Positions 9,491 through 19,145 of a stretch of DNA of 64,000 nucleotides are shown one piece after another. The stretch lies in contig JANPLN010000042.1 in assembly GCA_031426555.1 (NCBI GenBank), forward strand, positions 1-64,000, in the 5' to 3' direction. Both the position numbers and the translations under genes were made by a program. The notes below the pieces were generated by a model. It was given only the letters and a program-made list of their open reading frames with translations. It ran no database searches and was not told the DNA's origin. The stretch comes from Bdellovibrionales bacterium (GTDB taxonomy: Bacteria > Bdellovibrionota > Bdellovibrionia > Bdellovibrionales > JAGQZY01). Numbering within the stretch: position 1 is the first letter of the stretch; every line of letters begins with the position of its first letter.

Positions 9491-10557
9491 AGACATCCAT
9501 CGTGGTTGCCTGCTTTTCAAATAACAAAGGCGGCATGGAGTTAAACTCCCTGGGCCTGGCACGACTTCTCCACCGCGAACACGACGTAACCGTGGTTTGC
9601 CGCGAAGGCAGCTATATCGAGACCTTTCGTAAAAGTTTACTAAAAGACGGCATCGAGCTTGTGAGTATACCCTTTGCGGGAAATTTAAGCTTACGCTGTG
9701 TTTTTGCATTAAGAAAGATTCTCAAAAAGAAAAATATCAAAAATCTTATATTTTTTGGAGCCTCGGAGCTCAAGTCCATCGTCCTCGCAAAAATAGGTTT
9801 GCCGGTGCGGATTCTAAATTTTCATGGCACTAATAAAACCCATAGCAAAAAAGATCCTTTGCATGCACTGATTTATAAACGTGTTCGTTTTCACATTGCG
9901 GTGAGTGAACATCTTAAAAAAAATGTTCTCAAAATCATCCCTGGAGCTTCGGAAGAAAACGTCAAAGTGGTTTATTTATCCTGCGATCACACAAACTTAG
10001 CACCAAAGACACTGACGTCGCCTTTGCAACTTGTCCATGTGGGTCGCATTGCCAAGGGCAAAGGGCATGAGGACTGCCTTGAAATGGTAGAGACCATTGC
10101 AAAAAATCTTGCAGTTCGAGCGACCTTTGTGGGTGGGGTTGAGGATGAGGAGATTAGCGAAAGGCTGCAAAACAAAATGTACAAGCACCCTGAGTTATCT
10201 CAGATCGTGCACTTTGCTGGATTTCAAACCAACGTTCAGAGCTACTTAACTCCAGCGCATTTTTTAGTATTTCCTTCCCGCGGAGAAGGGCTACCAAATA
10301 CTTTGATAGAGGCCTTCCTCGCCAAAGTGCTTCCCATCACCTACGACAACACTGTCTTTCCAGAATTTCTCAAGCTGGGGTTTGAATTTCCGCAGGTGTC
10401 AGATGGGAATTTGGAAGCTTTAAAAGTTATGTGCCAAACCACCTTCACCATGGGCCCCGAACACTTTTCGCAAAAAGTAGAAAACAACTACAAACTTGCG
10501 GAAAAATATTTTTCAGGGGATAGTGTGCTTAAATCCTACAATGAGCTTTTGCAATGA
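9487..10557 (+). CDS. Glycosyltransferase family 4
   Basis: GGME, AVSEHL, VGRIAKGKGH, FPSRGEGLPNTLIEA. Confidence 0.88.
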   Translation: MKTSIVVACFSNNKGGMELNSLGLARLLHREHDVTVVCREGSYIETFRKSLLKDGIELVSIPFAGNLSLRCVFALRKILKKKNIKNLIFFGASELKSIVLAKIGLPVRILNFHGTNKTHSKKDPLHALIYKRVRFHIAVSEHLKKNVLKIIPGASEENVKVVYLSCDHTNLAPKTLTSPLQLVHVGRIAKGKGHEDCLEMVETIAKNLAVRATFVGGVEDEEISERLQNKMYKHPELSQIVHFAGFQTNVQSYLTPAHFLVFPSRGEGLPNTLIEAFLAKVLPITYDNTVFPEFLKLGFEFPQVSDGNLEALKVMCQTTFTMGPEHFSQKVENNYKLAEKYFSGDSVLKSYNELLQ

Positions 10558-11492
10558 ACGAAAAAAGAAATACTAAACCGTTAAATATTTTGATCACCGG
10601 CGGAGCGGGGTTTATCGGAACACACCTTTCGCGAATTTTATTAATGCAGAATCACCAGGTGACCTCCTGGGATATTCGTGAGCCCTTACACGTTGTTACT
10701 GGCGTGAATTATCAACAGCGGGACATGCGAAAGCTCGAGGAATTTAAAAGCGAAATCGCAAACTTTGATTTAATCTATCATTTTGCTGCCATTGTCAGTG
10801 TTCCCCTTTGTCAGGCTGATCCAGTGGGAACTTTCGCAACCAACGTGTCCGCCACCCTTCGCCTTTGCGAGGCCATCCAAAAGAGCGGTCAAAACATTCC
10901 TCTGATCTTTGCCAGCAGCAGTGCTGTGTACGGAGATTTGGGAGAAAAAATCGCCAGCGAAAAAGAACTGCTGGGGCCTTCGTTAAGTTTGTATTCGACA
11001 CACAAGCGCAGTTGCGAAGATTTAATCAATAACTATCGATCCTTTCATCAATTGCCGTTTTTGAACCTGCGTTTTTTTAATGTCTACGGCCACGGGCAAG
11101 ACCCAAAGTCCACCTACAGTGGTGTGATGACGTTGTTTTCGCTTGCGGCGAAAAACAATCAGCCGCTGCAAATTTTTGGTGATGGCACAGCGACTCGAGA
11201 CTTTGTGCGTGTGGAAGATGTTGCTGAGGTTTGTTTAGAGGCTGGTTTAGGACTTGTTGAAAAACAAGACCATTGGCTTTCGCTAAAAGCCATGAACGTG
11301 GCCACGGGACTTCCTCTCACTATTGGTCAGCTTGCCAAATTTTATATTATTAAAGAAAAAAAAGATCCGTCGCTCATCAAAAATATCACTCCTCGCGGGG
11401 GAGATATCCACTACTCCTGCGCAGATGTTTCGCTGCTAAAAAAGATGGTGGGTCGGGTGCTTAAGCCTGTGTCTGCGGAAACGCTCACATGA
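10554..11492 (+). CDS. NAD-dependent sugar epimerase/dehydratase (extended SDR)
   Basis: ITGGAGFIG, ASSSAVYG, YSTHK (YxxxK), RFFNVYG, GDGTATRDF. Confidence 0.9.
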   Translation: MNEKRNTKPLNILITGGAGFIGTHLSRILLMQNHQVTSWDIREPLHVVTGVNYQQRDMRKLEEFKSEIANFDLIYHFAAIVSVPLCQADPVGTFATNVSATLRLCEAIQKSGQNIPLIFASSSAVYGDLGEKIASEKELLGPSLSLYSTHKRSCEDLINNYRSFHQLPFLNLRFFNVYGHGQDPKSTYSGVMTLFSLAAKNNQPLQIFGDGTATRDFVRVEDVAEVCLEAGLGLVEKQDHWLSLKAMNVATGLPLTIGQLAKFYIIKEKKDPSLIKNITPRGGDIHYSCADVSLLKKMVGRVLKPVSAETLT

Positions 11493-11555
11493 CAAATTGC
11501 ATTATGGCGTTGTGTGCTTGATTTCAAGCTAGCACCGCACCTAGTGTGACCAACT

Positions 11556-12287
11556 ATGCATAAAGACAATTTACCCAAAGTCATCAGTGCGATCAAAGAA
11601 AGCGATCTGTTGCTCGACATCGGGGGTTGGGCCCATCCGCTCGAACGGGCCGACTATGTCATAGATGCCATGCCCTACAGCACTCGGGGTAAAACAGGGC
11701 AACTTGGTATTCCCGAGCGGTTCACAAAAGACACTTGGATTGAGTTTGATATTTGTGGCCGCGAGCCGTGGCCCTTTAAAGATAAACAATTTGATTTTGT
11801 GATTTGCTCCCATGTTTTAGAAGACATTCGCGATCCGCTTTGGGTTTGCAGTGAAATGATTCGAGTTTCGAAGGCAGGGTATATTGAAACACCCTCACGA
11901 GCCGCGGAGTACCTGTACGGGGTCCAGGCTTACGATTACACGGGTTTTCAACATCATCGCTGGTTTGTGGAGGCCAAAGACAAGGGGCTCTACTTTACAC
12001 AAAAAACACCGCTCGTGTCCTCAAAGCAAAGAGGGTACTATCTGATTCATACGCCTTCGATTTTGAGCTTTTTTTGGAAAGATAGTTTTCGGTTCGAAGA
12101 GATCTTTGCCGGTGTGGACATGCACCTTACGGGCGATAAAATGAAAAAATGGCAACAGCAGTACGAACAAACAATGCCCACCAAAATCAAAATCGTAAAT
12201 TCGATTTGCCGTTGGTTGCCCTTTAGCTTTTTAAAGAAGAACGTACAAAAAACGTTTCGTTCTTTTTGGAAGCTAGCGCGTATTTAG
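11556..12287 (+). CDS. Class I SAM-dependent methyltransferase-like protein
   Basis: LLDIGG, PWPFKDKQFDFVICSHVLED, RVSKAGYIETP. Confidence 0.78.
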   Translation: MHKDNLPKVISAIKESDLLLDIGGWAHPLERADYVIDAMPYSTRGKTGQLGIPERFTKDTWIEFDICGREPWPFKDKQFDFVICSHVLEDIRDPLWVCSEMIRVSKAGYIETPSRAAEYLYGVQAYDYTGFQHHRWFVEAKDKGLYFTQKTPLVSSKQRGYYLIHTPSILSFFWKDSFRFEEIFAGVDMHLTGDKMKKWQQQYEQTMPTKIKIVNSICRWLPFSFLKKNVQKTFRSFWKLARI

Positions 12288-12289
12288 CT

Positions 12290-13384
12290 ATGAGAATCGC
12301 CGAAGTTTGCCTCAATTCATCACTCGGCGGCCTAGAGCTTTATTACTTTTGGTGCTGTCGGTATTTTAAAAATACAAAACACGAATTAACCGCCATCACC
12401 GTTCCGCAGAGTCGTCTGGAAACACTTTTAAACGACGAAAATATTCAACCCACATTAGTTGCAAAAACAGGCATTTTAGGAAGTGTGCGGGCGGCGTACA
12501 GATTAGCACGAGTGTTCGAGCAAAAAAAAATCGATGTGGTGCATGTGCATTTTGCAAAGGACCTTCCCATCGTCGCTCTGGCAAAATCAATCAGTCGTCA
12601 GCCGGTGCGTTTGGTGCACTCCCGACAAATGGAGATGCCAGCTCACAAAAAAGATCCTTACCATCGCTGGGTATACTCTCAGGTGGATCATTTACTTTGT
12701 GTGACAGAGAAGTTAACTCGAGAGGTGAGAGATCGGGTGCCGCTGGCGAGCGAAAAAATTTCGCGTCTGTACTACGGCGTACCAAAGTCGTCGGTCAATC
12801 TCGGCGCGCAAAAAGCGTTTCTCGAAAAATTTCCTTCGAACAAACTCAAAGTAGCCATGTTTTCCCGTTTGGAGGAGTGCAAAGGACAGTGGCGGTTGCT
12901 CGAAGCACTGCGTGTTCTAAAAAACCAGGGTCTAGATTTTCAAATCTACTTTTTTGGTCATTTTATGGGCGGCGACGGATACGAGGAAAAGTTAAAAGCA
13001 CTGATCGAAAACTACGAGCTAGCAGCTTCTGTTTTTTGGTGCGGATTTCAAAAAAATCCAGGCGAACTCATGCCGTGCTTCGATTTGATTCTTTTACCCA
13101 GCGATCAGGAAACCTTTGGTTTAGTGCTGATCGAAGCCATGGCGGCAGGAGTGGCGATCATGGGTTCCAACACCGGTGGAGTTCCAGAAATTATCGACAA
13201 TGGCGCCAACGGCTTTACCTTCAGTCCGAACGACGTCGAAGAACTGAGCGAGAAAATAAAAACTATTTTAACAGACCACCAGCTTCGCAAAACGTTTATC
13301 GATGCGGGTTTGCTAAAATACGAAAAGTACTTTCGCGCCGATCAGCATTTTTCGCGGTTGGAAGAGATCTTAAAAAATTCCTGA
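12290..13384 (+). CDS. Glycosyltransferase family 4
   Basis: GGLE, SRLEECKGQ, LPSDQETFGLVLIEAMAAG, GGVPEII. Confidence 0.9.
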   Translation: MRIAEVCLNSSLGGLELYYFWCCRYFKNTKHELTAITVPQSRLETLLNDENIQPTLVAKTGILGSVRAAYRLARVFEQKKIDVVHVHFAKDLPIVALAKSISRQPVRLVHSRQMEMPAHKKDPYHRWVYSQVDHLLCVTEKLTREVRDRVPLASEKISRLYYGVPKSSVNLGAQKAFLEKFPSNKLKVAMFSRLEECKGQWRLLEALRVLKNQGLDFQIYFFGHFMGGDGYEEKLKALIENYELAASVFWCGFQKNPGELMPCFDLILLPSDQETFGLVLIEAMAAGVAIMGSNTGGVPEIIDNGANGFTFSPNDVEELSEKIKTILTDHQLRKTFIDAGLLKYEKYFRADQHFSRLEEILKNS

Positions 13385-14619
13385 ACTGTTACCAAGGTCA
13401 GCGCATTGGCAAAGGGCACATATACGATGTACCAGAGGATATGATTGATGTGCGTGTGGATGTAAGAATGGCCTTTGCCCAGCACAAACCAAGAGATTGG
13501 TCCCAAAAAGCTCAGCAACGTTGTGAGGATGAGGGCGCGGTACTTGCTCCAGAGTTGATTCTTTTTAAGGTAGTAAAGACTCAAGCCCATCAGTACTGGA
13601 AAGACTAAAAACCCTTTTTTAAAGTAGAGTAGAATTACATACAGAACGTTGGCGCTGAGGCTTTCGGCGTACACACCGTAGGTTTGCGAATCGAGGGCAT
13701 GGGTCCTTTTAAAAATATGATACGTCATGGTTTTTAAAGCTTCGTCGGAGGACGAGTAGTAGTTCTCAAGCTGCAAAAACCAAAGGCCAAGCATGCAGAA
13801 AAAAGCGAGGACTCCCAGACTTCCAACTCCGATAAGGCGAAAAATTATGGATTTCCATGGACGGTGTTGTTTGAGCGAAAAGTATAAAACCGGAACCAAA
13901 CTTGCGATCACAATAGTGGACGTGTATTCAAAACCCGAGGCAAAGCGTAAACAGAGAGAGGCAAAAAGCAGCAAAATACCCCACCACGTGGGCGAGGTGG
14001 AAAACAGCCAGTAAGAGATCACGAAAGGCAAATAAGAACTCCACAGGCTCCAGTACAAATTGCGTCCAAAATAAGTCATCCAACTGGAATAGAAAAGGGG
14101 AAACACAGCGCCCAGGGCCACGAGGGCGTTGAACTCTTTGCTGAACTGCCAAAAAATAAAAACAACAATCAGCGCGAGCAAAAGACTATTGATGCCGTAC
14201 AGGAAGTCGACGCTTAAAGAGTGCCCAAAAGCTTTATCAATGGCCGAAAAAAGCAGGCCCTGAAAACCAATTTGCGAGGTGTAGACAAAAAATTTATTTT
14301 GCTCGATGGAATTTTTGGCAAACAGTTCGTACTGGTATTCTACCCAAGGTGTTGAGGTGTCTAGCTGAATATGTTCATCCAGGGGTTCAAAGCGACCGAG
14401 TAAAGTGCCTTCGCTCGTTATGCCCTGATGGCGGGAGAGCTTTAAGCGCGAAACTACCAGGGATTCTGACGAATGTTCGAACTGTGCGAAATCCTCCGGG
14501 GCCACCCGATGGAAGGGGTTTTTCCAGTAAATCCAGCAGCTTAATATCAGTATGAGGACGGCGAGAAGCACTTTGTTGCTGTTGCTAAATTGGGTCAGTT
14601 TTAGTATTAAGTTCTTCAT
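13342..14619 (-). CDS. Polytopic membrane protein, putative GT-C-type (GtrII/GtrC-like) lipid-phosphate-sugar transferase
   Basis: One N-terminal TM, a periplasmic loop (EHSSESLVV...YTSQIGFQG), then many TM segments; adjacent to a GtrB-like GT2. Confidence 0.55.
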   Translation of the reverse strand: MKNLILKLTQFSNSNKVLLAVLILILSCWIYWKNPFHRVAPEDFAQFEHSSESLVVSRLKLSRHQGITSEGTLLGRFEPLDEHIQLDTSTPWVEYQYELFAKNSIEQNKFFVYTSQIGFQGLLFSAIDKAFGHSLSVDFLYGINSLLLALIVVFIFWQFSKEFNALVALGAVFPLFYSSWMTYFGRNLYWSLWSSYLPFVISYWLFSTSPTWWGILLLFASLCLRFASGFEYTSTIVIASLVPVLYFSLKQHRPWKSIIFRLIGVGSLGVLAFFCMLGLWFLQLENYYSSSDEALKTMTYHIFKRTHALDSQTYGVYAESLSANVLYVILLYFKKGFLVFPVLMGLSLYYLKKNQLWSKYRALILTTLLSFLGPISWFVLGKGHSYIHTHINHILWYIVYVPFANALTLVTVQEFFKISSNREKC

Positions 14620-15592
14620 GCCACACTCTTTGTTTTTATCGGTAATAGTACCAGTCCGCGATGTCCAAGGTTCTATAGACGGCATCTTGCAAGAATTGCA
14701 AGCTGAACTCAACGAGATTGTCGCAGATCACGAGATTATTGTTGTGGATAATTGCTCCCAGGATACGACGTTAAGTATTTTAAAAAAACTGACGATGCCA
14801 AAAGGTCTTAGCAATCTTGTGGTGTTTTCACTCACGTCGCGCGTTCGCAAAGAAATCGCCGCGTGGGTGGGTGTTGAAGCATCGCTCGGTGACTACGTCG
14901 TGGTGTTTGATCCGAGGTATCATCAGCTGAGTTTAATTCGCGAGATGTTGAGCGGCGCTCTTGAGGGAAATGATATTGTTCTTGCACAAAATATGTTTAC
15001 GCCAAAACAAACTCAGTTTTATAATTTTGCGAAGCGTTTTTTTAAAAAACTGTATTTTTTATTCGAACATGTTGAGCTTGGGAAAGACGATTCCCATTTT
15101 CGGTTGATGTCGCGCAAAACCATTAACTTTATGTTGCAGCACTTACGGCCCGAAATCACCTATCGCAATCTTCCAAGCACGTCGGGCTTTAGCAAAAAAG
15201 TAATTCAGTTCACTAAAAACTACGTTATTCCCGAGGGGAGTAAAGGTTTTTGGGAATCCGTGGATCAGGGGATGGAGCTTTTAGTGTCCAACAACCGCGT
15301 CCCCATGCGAATAGTCACTGGCCTTTCGATGTTCGGGGCTTTTGCCAACGTATTTTATTCCTTCTACGTCATTTTGGTCGCCATATTCAAAGAAAACATT
15401 CAGCCGGGCTGGGTGACTATTTCCTTACAGCTTTCAGGGATGTTTTTTTTGATTTCGTTAGTGCTGTTAGTGATGGGTGAGTATCTTCTTCGGGTTGCGA
15501 GCACAAACAACAATCCTCGTTACCACGTGGGCCAGGAGTTCACGAGCGCCAAGATGACCCGTTTTGAAAAAATCAACGTGGTCGAAAAGTGA
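14618..15592 (+). CDS. GT2, GtrB/ArnC-like bactoprenol glycosyltransferase with two C-terminal TM helices
   Basis: LSVIVPV, EIIVVDNCSQD, FRLMSR, PGWVT...VMGEYLLRV; the DxD motif appears degenerate (VVFDPRY). Confidence 0.8.
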   Translation: MPHSLFLSVIVPVRDVQGSIDGILQELQAELNEIVADHEIIVVDNCSQDTTLSILKKLTMPKGLSNLVVFSLTSRVRKEIAAWVGVEASLGDYVVVFDPRYHQLSLIREMLSGALEGNDIVLAQNMFTPKQTQFYNFAKRFFKKLYFLFEHVELGKDDSHFRLMSRKTINFMLQHLRPEITYRNLPSTSGFSKKVIQFTKNYVIPEGSKGFWESVDQGMELLVSNNRVPMRIVTGLSMFGAFANVFYSFYVILVAIFKENIQPGWVTISLQLSGMFFLISLVLLVMGEYLLRVASTNNNPRYHVGQEFTSAKMTRFEKINVVEK

Positions 15593-16725
15593 AACACTAT
15601 AGTGCTGTTGTTGTTGGCGGGGGGTTTTACGGTTGTGCCCTGGCTATATATCTGAAGCAAAAAAAAAAGTTTTCCTCTGTTCGATTGATTGAAAAAGAAG
15701 ACGAACTGTTGGCGCGAGCCTCCTATAACAACCAAGCCCGGGTTCACAACGGCTATCACTATCCTCGCAGCTTTACGACGGCCTACCGAAGTCGAATTAA
15801 CTTTCCGCAATTTTTAGGGGATTTTCCCGACTGCATCGATCAACAGTTTACTAAAATTTACGCAGTGGCTCGCCAGCATTCCAAGGTGAATGCCAAACAG
15901 TATTACCGTTTTTGCCATCAGATCGGTGCGACAATTAAAAAGCCCACTGCGCAGGAGCGATCCCTTTTTAACTCCCACCTGATCGAGGATATTTTTGTGG
16001 TTGAAGAGGCCGCCTTTGACGCTCTGGCCTTGCGCGCTCATTTTACGCAGAAGTTACAGGATTGTGACGTTGAGGTAAGTTTGCAAACCTCAATCAACCA
16101 GGTCGCGGCAGGGAGCCCGTTCCTTTTGACCTTAGGTAAAGAAGAGCGCAGCGACCAACCTACCGACGAGCCCGACGCCCAACTTACAGACGAGATTTCT
16201 TCGGACTATGTTTTTAATTGCACCTACAGTGGATTAAATCATATCAGCACCGAACTGGTTTTACAGACTCAGCTCAAGCAGGAGATGACCGAATTGGCTC
16301 TGGTTGAAGTTCCTGATGACTTAAAAAATTATGGCCTAACGGTGATGGATGGGCCTTTCTTTTCTTTAATGCCCTTTCCTGCCGAAAAATTATTTTCTCT
16401 TTCCCATGTGCGCTACACACCGCATTTTCAATGGCTGGATCGCCAGGGAGAAAATCCCTATCAGAAAATGCGAGACTACGAGTTTATAACTCGGTTCGAA
16501 CGCATGCGCCGGGACTCCATGCGCTTTGTTCCCAAGGTGTCGGAGGTGGTTTACAAAAAATCCCTTGTCGAAGTAAAAACGGTCCTCGTACTCAACGAGG
16601 TCGATGATGGACGGCCGATTTTGCTCGAAAAAAATCAAAAGCACCCGCGGTTTGTATCTATTTTAGGCGGTAAACTGGATAACATTTATGATATTATCGA
16701 AAAACTAGATCGGGAGATTTCATGA
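15589..16725 (+). CDS. FAD-dependent oxidoreductase (DAO-like)
   Basis: VVGGGFYG, RASYNNQARVHNGYHYPRS, TVMDGPF, ILGGK; GTGA overlap. Confidence 0.85.
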   Translation: MKHYSAVVVGGGFYGCALAIYLKQKKKFSSVRLIEKEDELLARASYNNQARVHNGYHYPRSFTTAYRSRINFPQFLGDFPDCIDQQFTKIYAVARQHSKVNAKQYYRFCHQIGATIKKPTAQERSLFNSHLIEDIFVVEEAAFDALALRAHFTQKLQDCDVEVSLQTSINQVAAGSPFLLTLGKEERSDQPTDEPDAQLTDEISSDYVFNCTYSGLNHISTELVLQTQLKQEMTELALVEVPDDLKNYGLTVMDGPFFSLMPFPAEKLFSLSHVRYTPHFQWLDRQGENPYQKMRDYEFITRFERMRRDSMRFVPKVSEVVYKKSLVEVKTVLVLNEVDDGRPILLEKNQKHPRFVSILGGKLDNIYDIIEKLDREIS

Positions 16726-17525
16726 ATCAAAGTCAGCCACCAACCCACAAACGCGCCCTCATCGGTCACTCTGGTTTTGTGGGAAGCACTTTAAAAAAGC
16801 AAACCACCTTCACAGATCTTTATCGCTCAAACAATATTCAAGATATTCGCAATCAAACTTTTGATCTGGTTGTTTGTGCAGGAATTTCTGCAAAAAAATG
16901 GCTGGCCAATAAAGATCCCGAAGCTGATTTAAAAGCGATCCAGACTTTGCAAGAACACTTAAAGTCTATCCAAACAAAACAATTTATTTTAATTAGCACC
17001 GTGGATGTTTTTAAAAAACCCTTGGGTGTGAACGAAGATACGGCCGTGGACACACAAAACCTTCATGCTTACGGTTTGCATCGTTATCAGTTTGAGCAGT
17101 TTGTGCGAAAGCAATTTCCGCAAGCTTTGATTGTTCGTCTTCCAGGGCTGGTGGGTCCGGGTTTACAAAAAAATATTATTTTTGATTTCCTCAACAACAA
17201 CAATCTTGCGCAGATCGATAGTCGTCATCAGTTTCAGTTTTACCCGATGGTCAACCTTTGGTGGGATTTGCAGATTGCCGTGCAACATAATATTTCTTTA
17301 CTTCACCTCACAGCCGAGCCGGTGGAGGTGGGAGAGATGATTAAAAAAACTCTGTCTCGTGAGTTTCAGCAAGCGGTGAGTGAGTCTGTTTTGCGCTATG
17401 ATTTTCGTACCAAGCATGGCGCCTTGTTTGGATCGTCCACGGACTATCAATACTCCCTGGCGGAAATTTGTTTAGCGGTCCGGGCCTATTTTCAATCAGA
17501 GCAGCCTGCCGAGGTCAAATCATGA
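16722..17525 (+). CDS. NAD(P)-dependent epimerase/reductase (SDR-like)
   Basis: ALIGHSGFVG, ISTVDV, YGLHR, RLPGLVG; ATGA overlap. Confidence 0.75.
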   Translation: MNQSQPPTHKRALIGHSGFVGSTLKKQTTFTDLYRSNNIQDIRNQTFDLVVCAGISAKKWLANKDPEADLKAIQTLQEHLKSIQTKQFILISTVDVFKKPLGVNEDTAVDTQNLHAYGLHRYQFEQFVRKQFPQALIVRLPGLVGPGLQKNIIFDFLNNNNLAQIDSRHQFQFYPMVNLWWDLQIAVQHNISLLHLTAEPVEVGEMIKKTLSREFQQAVSESVLRYDFRTKHGALFGSSTDYQYSLAEICLAVRAYFQSEQPAEVKS

Positions 17526-18340
17526 GACTTTCGATTTCCAACATTGCCTGGGATCCGCAAGACGATGAGGCCATGGCCAAACTTTTAAAATCGTTGGGAA
17601 TCGCCAATATAGATATTGCTCCAGGCAAATATTTTAAAAACTTTCAACAAACGACCACCGCCGAAATCTTACTGGTCAAAAAATGGTGGAACGATCGGGG
17701 AATCGATATTGTTGGCATGCAGGCGCTGCTATTTGGCACCGAAGGCTTAAATCTTTTTAGCTCCACGGCACATAAAATGCGCGAGCACTTGCAAGAGGTG
17801 ATGCGCATCGCGGGCGAACTCGGTGCCACTCAACTGGTGTTTGGTTCTCCTAAAAACCGCGACCGGAGTGGACTCACAGATTTAGAGACTCAGAAAAAAG
17901 CCGATGATTTTTTTTCGCAGCTTGCAGATTACGCCAAAGACAAAGGCGTTGTTTTGAATCTCGAAACAAATCCCACGGCGTATCAGTGCAATTTTATGAC
18001 AAGCATGGATGAGACCGCGGCCGTCGTACGGCGAATCAACCACCCCAGCCTTCGGCTGCAGCTGGACACCGGAGCCATGCTCATGAATCAAGAGTCGGAG
18101 ATGTTAATACTCAAACATGCCCCGATCATAGGGCATATTCACTTGAGCGAACCACACCTTAAACCGCTGGGGTCCATGAATTCGGACCATGCGAAGCTGG
18201 CTCAGCAGTTTTCGGTGTTTGCTAAAGAGAAAATTGCCACCATCGAAATGGTAAAACCAACAGAGATATTGGAGCCCCTGAAGCAGATTGAAAAATCCCT
18301 GCGCTGGGCTTTGGAAAACTACGGACAAAAAGGGCACTAG
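17522..18340 (+). CDS. Sugar phosphate isomerase/epimerase (xylose-isomerase-like TIM barrel)
   Basis: SISNIAW, LVFGSPKNR, LNLETNP, LQLDTG, HIHLSEP, IEM metal-binding pattern. Confidence 0.82.
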   Translation: MRLSISNIAWDPQDDEAMAKLLKSLGIANIDIAPGKYFKNFQQTTTAEILLVKKWWNDRGIDIVGMQALLFGTEGLNLFSSTAHKMREHLQEVMRIAGELGATQLVFGSPKNRDRSGLTDLETQKKADDFFSQLADYAKDKGVVLNLETNPTAYQCNFMTSMDETAAVVRRINHPSLRLQLDTGAMLMNQESEMLILKHAPIIGHIHLSEPHLKPLGSMNSDHAKLAQQFSVFAKEKIATIEMVKPTEILEPLKQIEKSLRWALENYGQKGH

Positions 18341-18341
18341 C

Positions 18342-19145
18342 ATGAACACTGACATGAACACTGAATCTAAACAAGTTCCAGCCTACGAAGTAATTTTAAC
18401 AAACCAAAGGCACCACCAATACATGCTGGTAATCCCCGTGATCAATGAAGGCCTGAGAATCCACTCTTTGATTAAAAAAATGCAGATGTTAGATGTGATG
18501 CAAAAGTTAGATATCTGTATCGTGGACGGTGGAAGTACTGATGGTTCCCTGGACAAAACATTTTTGCAAAGCAAGGGCATGCATAGTTTTTTGCTCAAAA
18601 AAGGCCCTGGCAAACTGAGCGCCCAGCTCCGCTGCGCCTACGACCATGTTTTAAAGCAAGGCTACGCGGGTGTGATCACCATCGACGGAAACGACAAGGA
18701 CGACGCCGAATCAATACCACTATTTATCAAAGCTCTCGAAGATGGCGTGGATTTTGTGCAAGCTTCGCGCTTTATACCGGGCGGTAAAATGGAAAACACA
18801 CCGTGGACTCGCTTGTTTGCCATTCGCTATATCCATGCTCCGCTCTTGTCGTTGTTTTCGGGCTTTCGTTGGACAGACACCACTCAGGGTTACCGGGCCT
18901 ACAGTTCTCGCTTGCTCAACGATAAAAGAATAAATATTTTCCGCGACATTTTTTTGAACTACGAGTTGCTGGCCTATCTTTCCTACCGAGCCCCGCGCTT
19001 AGGTTATAAATGCCTCGAGGTGCCCACCTCGCGAATTTACCCGCCGGGCGAAGTGCCCACTAAGATCTCAAGCATTGGTGGCAATTGGGATGTTTTAAAA
19101 ACGTTGTTTAAAGCCTGCCTAGGTTTTTACAATCCTAAGGTCTAA
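18342..19145 (+). CDS. GT2, polyprenol-phosphate glycosyltransferase (DPM1-like)
   Basis: VIPVINEG, IVDGGSTDG, TIDGND, QASRFIPGG, DTTQGYRAYS. Confidence 0.85.
   Translation: MNTDMNTESKQVPAYEVILTNQRHHQYMLVIPVINEGLRIHSLIKKMQMLDVMQKLDICIVDGGSTDGSLDKTFLQSKGMHSFLLKKGPGKLSAQLRCAYDHVLKQGYAGVITIDGNDKDDAESIPLFIKALEDGVDFVQASRFIPGGKMENTPWTRLFAIRYIHAPLLSLFSGFRWTDTTQGYRAYSSRLLNDKRINIFRDIFLNYELLAYLSYRAPRLGYKCLEVPTSRIYPPGEVPTKISSIGGNWDVLKTLFKACLGFYNPKV

Noticed and set aside
12697..13608. 303-aa alternative-frame ORF
   Set aside because: Arg/Ser-rich with no motifs, and it lies over the GT4 gene and the antisense membrane gene. The same applies to the other short shadow ORFs in the track.
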